Both the position numbers and the translations under genes were made by a program. A stretch of DNA of 64,000 nt from Candidatus Hydrogenedentota bacterium (GTDB lineage Bacteria > Hydrogenedentota > Hydrogenedentia > Hydrogenedentales > SLHB01). The stretch lies in NCBI GenBank assembly GCA_045863295.1, contig BTWA01000023.1, positions 1 to 64,000 of the forward strand, read 5' to 3'. The notes under the pieces were generated by a model, which saw only the letters and a program-made list of their open reading frames with translations, was not told where the DNA came from and made no database searches. This document shows positions 57,434 to 64,000 of this stretch, piece after piece. Within the stretch, counting starts at the first letter, position 1; every line of letters starts with the position of its first letter.

Positions 57434-58957
57434 CTACCGGTAGTCGGCGCCGGTGAGGCTCTTCACAACGGACTGCTGCCAGTCTCGAAGTTCGCCTTCC
57501 AGCCTTTTGGCAACCTCAAGTTTCGCACCAATGATGTTTTTCTCCTCGGCCGGATCACTGCCCACATCGAAAAGTTCCTTGGTATCGCCATTCGTCGGCT
57601 GACCATCAACCACGAGCTTGTGACGTCCATCCAGAATGGCTCTGGGGCCGGCAAAGTCTTCCTCCGTGACGGTCGCGTGATGAAAGTTGCGGAAGCTGCG
57701 CGTTGAGCTGCCGCGCATCAGTTTGACCAGCGGGGTGGTCCCTTGCTGAAGCGTAGGTTCGATATAGGGCTGTCCGTTCAGTGACTCACGTCCCGCTTCG
57801 AAGCTCCAGAAGCATATCGGTTTGGGTCGATCCGTCATACTGCCTTCGATCAGGGTTTTCAGGCTAATGCCGTCTAAAGGGCGGTCCGGGACGGGTTGTC
57901 CCGCCAAATCGCAAATGGTAGGAAGCATGTCGCTGGTGACGGTGTTCACGTCCGTCACGCGTGGTGTGGAAATCATCTCCGGCCATTCGATAATACCCGG
58001 AACTCGTATCCCGCCCTCATATACGTGCGCTTTTTGGCCACGGAATGGTGTCGCCACAGTGGCTTCAGGGGGAACGCCATTGTCACCGCAGTACCAAAAG
58101 AGGGTGTTCCGTCGAAGGCCCTCGCTGTCAAGATGCTGCCGCAATCGTCCAATTGCGCGGTCCATGGCAGTGATCTCGGCGTAGCGCTCTTGCAGGACCT
58201 TGTGAAGGGGGCGCCGAACAGTAAGTCCGGTGTCCATGGAAGTCACGTCCACAAAGCGCTCCTGGTACTCTTGGGGAAGCTTTTCATAGAGGGCCAGATC
58301 TTTATCCAAACCGCTGTACGGCTCGTGAGGTGAGCCGAACCACACAACGGTAAAGAAACTTCGTCCACTTTGCTTTGCTTTGTCTATGAATCGAATCGTT
58401 TCTTCAATGACAATCTCTGAGCCTTCACCTCGAAACTGCTCAGGAGGGCCGCCGTTGCGCGAAAGATATGGGTTCATCTCGAAAAAGTTGTCGTGTGAAA
58501 GCCACTCGTCGAAACCCATCGCACCCGGATTGGTGGGAGAGCCGGCTTTCACAGGCCCCAAGTGCCACTTGCCGAAGTGGCCACACGTGTAACCCGCTTT
58601 GCCCAGGATGTGGGCGATGGTGGTCTCCTCTGGCCGAATGGACCAATTGGCGGAAAACGTTCCGTAACGGTTGGGGTGGCGGCCGGTGAGAACGCTGCCA
58701 CGGGTGGGTGAACAGACCGGGGAAGCCGAGTAGAAACGGTTCAAGCGAAGGCCGCTGGCGGCCATCTCGTCAAGCACGGGTGTTCGCAGATAGGGGTGGC
58801 CATTGTAGGCCGTCTCATCCCAGCCGTGATCATCACCCATGCAGAGGATGATATTGGGCGGCTGCTCGCCTTGCGCCGGGGCACTCGCCGCCGTGAGGGC
58901 ACAAGAGAGCCCGCCGACGCGCACCACGAATTGCCGCCGTGTTATCGATTGGCTCAT
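57434..58957 (-). CDS. Sulfatase, Tat-exported
   Basis: 'TRRQF', 'GDDHG', 'CSPTR', 'GKWH', 'GDNG'. Confidence 0.93.
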   Translation of the reverse strand: MSQSITRRQFVVRVGGLSCALTAASAPAQGEQPPNIILCMGDDHGWDETAYNGHPYLRTPVLDEMAASGLRLNRFYSASPVCSPTRGSVLTGRHPNRYGTFSANWSIRPEETTIAHILGKAGYTCGHFGKWHLGPVKAGSPTNPGAMGFDEWLSHDNFFEMNPYLSRNGGPPEQFRGEGSEIVIEETIRFIDKAKQSGRSFFTVVWFGSPHEPYSGLDKDLALYEKLPQEYQERFVDVTSMDTGLTVRRPLHKVLQERYAEITAMDRAIGRLRQHLDSEGLRRNTLFWYCGDNGVPPEATVATPFRGQKAHVYEGGIRVPGIIEWPEMISTPRVTDVNTVTSDMLPTICDLAGQPVPDRPLDGISLKTLIEGSMTDRPKPICFWSFEAGRESLNGQPYIEPTLQQGTTPLVKLMRGSSTRSFRNFHHATVTEEDFAGPRAILDGRHKLVVDGQPTNGDTKELFDVGSDPAEEKNIIGAKLEVAKRLEGELRDWQQSVVKSLTGADYR

Positions 58958-59456
58958 CGGCAATAACTCCTTAGTTCGAAAAAGAACATTTTCAAGGATG
59001 TGAGAGACCGTTTCCAGCATCACGCAATCAAGACAGACATTGGTAATCCTGCAGAAAGGAACGACCTCCTGACGTCGCAGTATACTTTCGCTGACACGGG
59101 GTTTCGAGCGTCCACGTCTGTCGTTCGCGTTCATTTGTACGCGACGACGGTTTTCGGAAGCAATGCGGATGTATCCCGGCGGGAATTGGGACACGCGTTT
59201 TTCATTCCGTCTCAATGGTTTACAGTGCACGCCCCTAATCCCACATGAGTTGGATTTGACTCAGGGTTTATTACGATTCATCGCGAGGACGCAAGATTTT
59301 TTGGAGAGTTGCTTCCGCTTTGTTCCGCGAAAGTCGGCGCTGACAACGGGCAAATCGGACGTTCGCAGGTGATTCTCTTGGTCAGCGCGCTCACCGAAGT
59401 AACGTAGTATCGGGGTGCTGCTGGGCGGCGCAGGAACGATTCTGACTGAAGTAGCG

Positions 59457-60407
59457 TCAGACCATTTTCTCTGACCATTGACCGGAGTATTCTTCAACGA
59501 TCATAGCGCACATTGCTTTCAATTGCGCAAGGTCCAACCCGATCACCTGGTGGTATAGCCTTTGGGCGATCGATAAAAATGTGCACAGGTACTGGGGATC
59601 AAAACTCTTGCCGTCTTCTTGTTGCATTACCTTGATCGCCTGCTCGAAAGGCATCGCATCTTTGTACGGCCGGGCGGACACGAGTGCGTCGAAAACATCC
59701 ACTATCGAGAAAATGCGGGCCTCAACGGGAATGTCTGCCGACTTCAGGCCGTATGGATATCCAGAACCATCAAATTTCTCGTGATGAAATCCGATTACTC
59801 GCGTTGCTTCTTGAAGCCAAACGGAGTTTGTGAGGATATCAACTCCATGCAGTACGTGCTTCTGCATTTCCCCTCTTTCGTCATCCGTAAGTGAACCCGG
59901 CTTGAGCAAGATGTTGTCGGAGACACCAATTTTTCCTATGTCATGCAGAAAAGCACCCGTGAATTGACCCAGCATTGATTGGGCATCCAGTCTGGCTGCC
60001 TCAGCAAGCTGGACCGCCATAATCGCGACCCGGAAATTGTGCTCTGCCGTGTCTTGGTCCCGCTTTGCAACAGTGTTTCCGAGGACAACCAATAGTTCCA
60101 AGTGTGCCATTTGAAGGTCGACCAGTAGGGCGAGCACATGCCGGACAGAAATAACGATTACGGGGCACAAGAGAAATGTAACGGCGAGGAAAATGGCGAA
60201 GGGCATTTCCGCAAAACGAGGGAGATAGAATTTAAGAGTTTCAAGCACCAAACACCCAGCTACTATGAATCCGAGAACTGCCACGCCAACCCGCCACAGA
60301 ATTCGCTTCCAAAGTCTGCGGTTGAGCGACCGCGTGAGCGTCGTCTGGATTCTCCGGGCAAGATACTCCTCATGAGTTGAGGAGCGGATAAGCTGCGTCG
60401 AGTCCAT
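59457..60407 (-). CDS. Membrane-anchored HD-GYP phosphodiesterase
   Basis: Two N-terminal TMs; 'LHDIGK', 'HHEKFDGSGYP', 'DVFDAL..RPYK'. Confidence 0.92.
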   Translation of the reverse strand: MDSTQLIRSSTHEEYLARRIQTTLTRSLNRRLWKRILWRVGVAVLGFIVAGCLVLETLKFYLPRFAEMPFAIFLAVTFLLCPVIVISVRHVLALLVDLQMAHLELLVVLGNTVAKRDQDTAEHNFRVAIMAVQLAEAARLDAQSMLGQFTGAFLHDIGKIGVSDNILLKPGSLTDDERGEMQKHVLHGVDILTNSVWLQEATRVIGFHHEKFDGSGYPYGLKSADIPVEARIFSIVDVFDALVSARPYKDAMPFEQAIKVMQQEDGKSFDPQYLCTFLSIAQRLYHQVIGLDLAQLKAMCAMIVEEYSGQWSEKMV

Positions 60408-60419
60408 GATATACGGTCC

Positions 60420-60698
60420 TTATCGTATGGTGCGCCCGTGATGTGACCCTGCGTCTCGCGTGTCCGTGGCGCAAACAACCTCAGCTTGGCCGCAGCTCAT
60501 GCCCAACTCGATACGTCCCCGGTCAGCAAGCCACGCAAGCGTTGCGGCGCAGTCTGCTCGGGACAATCCAAGGCATGAGCACAGGTCCACAGTCGAGGTC
60601 GCCCGGTGCTCTCGCAGGAATTGGTCAACTGTGATTGCCACTTCAAACAATGACTGTTCCACTGGTTGGCTCCTTGTTTCGAAAAGGTCACTGCACAT
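60420..60698 (-). CDS. Small hypothetical protein, possibly winged-helix
   Basis: Fills the gap between co-oriented genes; 'DLCSCLGLSRADCAATLAWLADRGRI' resembles a wHTH; start uncertain. Confidence 0.45.
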   Translation of the reverse strand: MCSDLFETRSQPVEQSLFEVAITVDQFLREHRATSTVDLCSCLGLSRADCAATLAWLADRGRIELGMSCGQAEVVCATDTRDAGSHHGRTIR

Positions 60699-60739
60699 TA
60701 CAGACACGCAAATGAATTCTGATGTAAGCGGACCATGCC

Positions 60740-62308
60740 TTACTTGAGCTTGCTCTCCACTTCGGACGGTTGCGAATCCAATATCTTTCCCCAGTCCGTA
60801 CGCAGCGCCATCTCCTCTTTTAGCGCGGAGGGGATGAAGTCGTTCCCAATCCTGATTGCCCAACCGCCGCCCAACGCCCTGTAAACGGCGACCAGGTTCG
60901 TGGCTACCGAGCCCGAAGTCGAGACAAAAGCATCTTGCGAGGAGGCCAATGCGCGCTGTGCGTCAAGAACGCGTTGATAGTCCACGAGGCCTTCCCGATA
61001 TTGCACCAGAGAGATTCTTACAGAACGTTCAGCGGCGGAGACGGATTCACGGAAGAAATCCTTTGCGTCGCTGGCCTGTATAAACCCGGCCAGTCCGTCC
61101 TCAACCTCCTGAACGGCTCTTAGTACGGTGTTCTGATAGTTGAGCTCTGTCTGCTGAAAGCGAGCGTCTTCAACTCGAACTCGATTCTTGATACGTCCGT
61201 AGTTAAAGATGTCCCAAGTGAAGCTTGGCCCGGCAAACCACTGAATGCTGCCGGACTTGAAGAGGTCGCCTATATCGATTCCGCTTGGCCCGCCAGGGAG
61301 CAAAGACTTCGTGTCGCTTGTTCGCAGGCCTATCGACCCGAAAAGGGAGAAGTGAGGATACAGGTCCGCCTCCGCCACCCCGATGAGAGCGCATTGCGAA
61401 GCAGCCTGCCGCTCCGCACGACGAATATCGGGCCGCCGGCGTAGCAGTTCGGCGGGAACACCGACGGCGACTTCCAAAGGGGCTGAAGGGATTGGCGCTG
61501 GCCCGCCGAGAAGCTCTTCCACCTGTTCCGGCAAGATACCCAGAAGCGTGGCGAGCGCGTTCTGCGACTGGCGGCGGCCAGCCTCGAGTGGCGGGATTGA
61601 GGCCTTCGAGGCGTACAAGAGATTTCTGGCCTGAAGCACATCGAGTTCAGTGACGAGACCGCCCTCAAACTGGGCCTCGGCAATTCGAAGGGTCTGCTCT
61701 TGCAAGTCCACGTTCGTGCGCGCCACATCAAGGCGGGCCTCGAACGTCCGGATGAGGGTGTACGCGCCCGCCACATTCGCCGTCAGGGAAACGAGGACAT
61801 CGTCATAGTTGGCGATGGTGCCCTCGAACGCCGCATTACTCGCTTCAATGCCGCGCCGGAACTTCCCCCAGAGGTCGATCTCCCACGCCGCGCCGAAACT
61901 GGCGGTCATGTCGTTATAGCTGAAGTCCAACGCGGAAAACGTGTTTGCGGAGTTCTCACTCAAGTTGGTGCTTGTAAAGCTCCCGCTCAGATTCTGTACC
62001 TGCGGATACTGGTTTCCAATGGCGATTGCCAATTGGGCGCGCGCCTCGAGGATGCGCATGCCTGCCATTTGAAGCGTCAGGTTTTGCTGGTAGGCCGTCT
62101 CGATGAGATTGTCCAATACTGGATCGTTGAAGACTTTCCACCACGCGCTCAGGTCTGTGGTCTCGCTCTTGACACGCGGGTCTTTCTCGAGCCACTCCTC
62201 GGGTTCCTGCGCCTTTGGCTTGACAAAGTCGGGGCCCACGGTCGCACAGCCGCCCAGTAGGAGTAGCATGGCTCCCAGTGCAACGGTTTTATACTTGGTC
62301 TGCATCAT
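60740..62308 (-). CDS. RND efflux outer-membrane lipoprotein (NodT/TolC family)
   Basis: Lipobox 'LGGC', 'VGPDF', 'WEIDLWG', 'LLRRRPDI', 'YRALGGGW'. Confidence 0.93.
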   Translation of the reverse strand: MMQTKYKTVALGAMLLLLGGCATVGPDFVKPKAQEPEEWLEKDPRVKSETTDLSAWWKVFNDPVLDNLIETAYQQNLTLQMAGMRILEARAQLAIAIGNQYPQVQNLSGSFTSTNLSENSANTFSALDFSYNDMTASFGAAWEIDLWGKFRRGIEASNAAFEGTIANYDDVLVSLTANVAGAYTLIRTFEARLDVARTNVDLQEQTLRIAEAQFEGGLVTELDVLQARNLLYASKASIPPLEAGRRQSQNALATLLGILPEQVEELLGGPAPIPSAPLEVAVGVPAELLRRRPDIRRAERQAASQCALIGVAEADLYPHFSLFGSIGLRTSDTKSLLPGGPSGIDIGDLFKSGSIQWFAGPSFTWDIFNYGRIKNRVRVEDARFQQTELNYQNTVLRAVQEVEDGLAGFIQASDAKDFFRESVSAAERSVRISLVQYREGLVDYQRVLDAQRALASSQDAFVSTSGSVATNLVAVYRALGGGWAIRIGNDFIPSALKEEMALRTDWGKILDSQPSEVESKLK

Positions 62309-62340
62309 GACAGTATCCCTTTCGTTCTTGATCGCGGAAT

Positions 62341-64000
62341 TCATACCGGTTGAGCAGTAGTGCTTGTCTCTGCGGGGGTGCGAGGATTCGCAGGGAGATA
62401 TGGGATACGAAACAAGATTGAATAGAGCACAGGCACCACAACGAGTATCAGAACCGTTCCAAAGCCCAGGCCAAACACAATGGAGACAGCCATGCCAGCA
62501 AAGAAAGCGTCCGAGAATAGCGGTATCATTCCCAGCATCGTGGTGGCGGAAGCCATGAGCACTGGCATAAAACGGCTCACACTCGAGTCCACTACGGCAT
62601 GGAACGGGTGCTTCCCCGAAGAGAGCTGCGCGCCAATCTCGTCGATGAGCACGATGGCGCACTTGATTAACATGCCGGAGAGGCTAAGCAGCCCCAGGAG
62701 TGACATGAAGCCAAAGGGTTGATTGCACGCAACAAGGCCGACGGTCACTCCAATGATCGAGGTAGGTACAGTCAGCCAGATGGCAAGTGTCTTGCGGATC
62801 GAGCCGAACAACAAAATCGAGATGAAAATCATCATGCTCAAGACAGGTGGAAAGCCTGCTGCGAGGTTCGCCTGCGCGGTGGCCGAATCTTCCGCCTCGC
62901 CGCCCCAGGCCATGTAATAGCCCGGCATATCTTTCAGGGGCAAAAGATAGTCTTCCTTAACCGGAATCGTTTTGAAGGTGTGCGTCGACGGCACCGTCCC
63001 CAGCGCCTGCGCTAAATCAACATTCAAAGCCTTCTCGACTTTAACTTTGACGTCCTGGAATAGCTCACTCGCGAGTCCAGATTTTGGATCGGCGAACACG
63101 GTGATCGTCTTCGACCGTTGCCTACGCCAGATGTAAGGATTCTCGAACTCTGTCGCGAACCCGGTTACGACTTGATCCATGGAAATCATTTGTTGGGCCG
63201 CCGGACTCCAGACCTGCACGGATCCCAGATCGCCCAAGCTCAAGCGCTCGTCTTCCGGCGACCGTGCAATGATTGGCAGCAACTCGTCTTCTTCACGGTA
63301 AACGCCAGTAACAGTCCCTTCCACAGCCGCCTCGAACGCCCGGGCCACATCAAGCCGGTCGATTCCCAAGGTTCTTGCCTGAGACTCTGCCATTTGGGGC
63401 CGGAGTTCTTTCGTTTTGGTGCGCCAGTCAGTCCGCACCCCCTTTGCCCTTGGGCTCGCCGCCAAAATCGCCTCAGCCCGTCCAGCAAGTTCACGCAGAA
63501 CCTCAGGGTCTGGTCCCGTGATTCGCACGCGTACCTTTCCTGGTCCGCCCGGTCCGAGCTTGAACATCTGGCCGGAGATGGTGGAATCGGGAAACAAGGT
63601 GCTTAATTCTTCTTGAGCTTCAGAGATCAGTGCAGGAATGTTGTGATAGTCGTCCACGTCGACCAGGCACTGCGCGTAGGTATCCCAAGGCTTTTCGGGC
63701 GTGTAGACCACCAGGAAGCGTGTATGCGGACCGCCCACCGAGGCCGCCACGCCGATCACCCCTTCCATCTGCCGTAGATATTTCTGTGCCTGTTCGAGGC
63801 GTTGGTTCGTTTCCTCGAGGCGCATCCCCTCGGGAAACCAGAAATCGACCATGAACTGAGCCCGAGTTGAATCTGGAAAGAAGCTCTGCTTGACTGTTGT
63901 GAAGCTGGCAAGGGACGCGAGTAACATCCCCACAACTACAGCCACGGTCACCCAACGGAAGCGGATGCAGATTATTAGGAATCCCCGGTATACCCGGTAG
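62341..64000 (-). CDS. RND efflux permease (AcrB/AcrD/AcrF family), 5' part outside the window
   Basis: 'FFPDS', 'GMLIKCAIVLID', 'SRFMPVLMASATT.LGMIPL'; frame is open to the window edge. Confidence 0.92.
   Translation of the reverse strand, partial: YRVYRGFLIICIRFRWVTVAVVVGMLLASLASFTTVKQSFFPDSTRAQFMVDFWFPEGMRLEETNQRLEQAQKYLRQMEGVIGVAASVGGPHTRFLVVYTPEKPWDTYAQCLVDVDDYHNIPALISEAQEELSTLFPDSTISGQMFKLGPGGPGKVRVRITGPDPEVLRELAGRAEAILAASPRAKGVRTDWRTKTKELRPQMAESQARTLGIDRLDVARAFEAAVEGTVTGVYREEDELLPIIARSPEDERLSLGDLGSVQVWSPAAQQMISMDQVVTGFATEFENPYIWRRQRSKTITVFADPKSGLASELFQDVKVKVEKALNVDLAQALGTVPSTHTFKTIPVKEDYLLPLKDMPGYYMAWGGEAEDSATAQANLAAGFPPVLSMMIFISILLFGSIRKTLAIWLTVPTSIIGVTVGLVACNQPFGFMSLLGLLSLSGMLIKCAIVLIDEIGAQLSSGKHPFHAVVDSSVSRFMPVLMASATTMLGMIPLFSDAFFAGMAVSIVFGLGFGTVLILVVVPVLYSILFRIPYLPANPRTPAETSTTAQPV

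Overview
GC-rich bacterial chromosomal window. The many sulfatases, Gfo/Idh/MocA proteins and large secreted proteins suggest a polysaccharide-degrading environmental lineage, but taxonomy cannot be fixed from sequence alone. The ordinary cargo is a >2200-aa NHL/C13-peptidase-like surface protein, two Tat oxidoreductases, a DUF4838-like protein, an ECF sigma factor, DUF1080/DUF1801 genes, a GMC oxidoreductase, five sulfatases, GH28, PhoD, HD-GYP and an RND/TolC pair. The most unusual signal is a 30-bp covarying palindromic element that nests inside copies of itself after GCT. It surrounds an 80-aa stand-alone GIY-YIG nuclease gene (46074-46316), lies beside a decayed second copy of that gene (44930-45060), and occurs 8 times in frame inside an HGGxSTG-type (small-terminase-like) gene 28 kb away, which suggests a REP/RAYT-like system served by a GIY-YIG nuclease. 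A second odd locus (16.7-23.8 kb) has orphan small- and large-terminase-like genes with extreme G+T skew. They bracket a lower-GC cassette that includes a catalytically altered dCTP-deaminase-fold/coiled-coil/TM protein. There is also a compact sigma54 module (consensus promoter, palindromic enhancer, FHA-bEBP with GAHATA, 61-aa target), a sacsin-like/DUF3883 defence candidate and a probable ssrA 3'-end att remnant. All protein family calls come from motif recognition by eye, not database searches.
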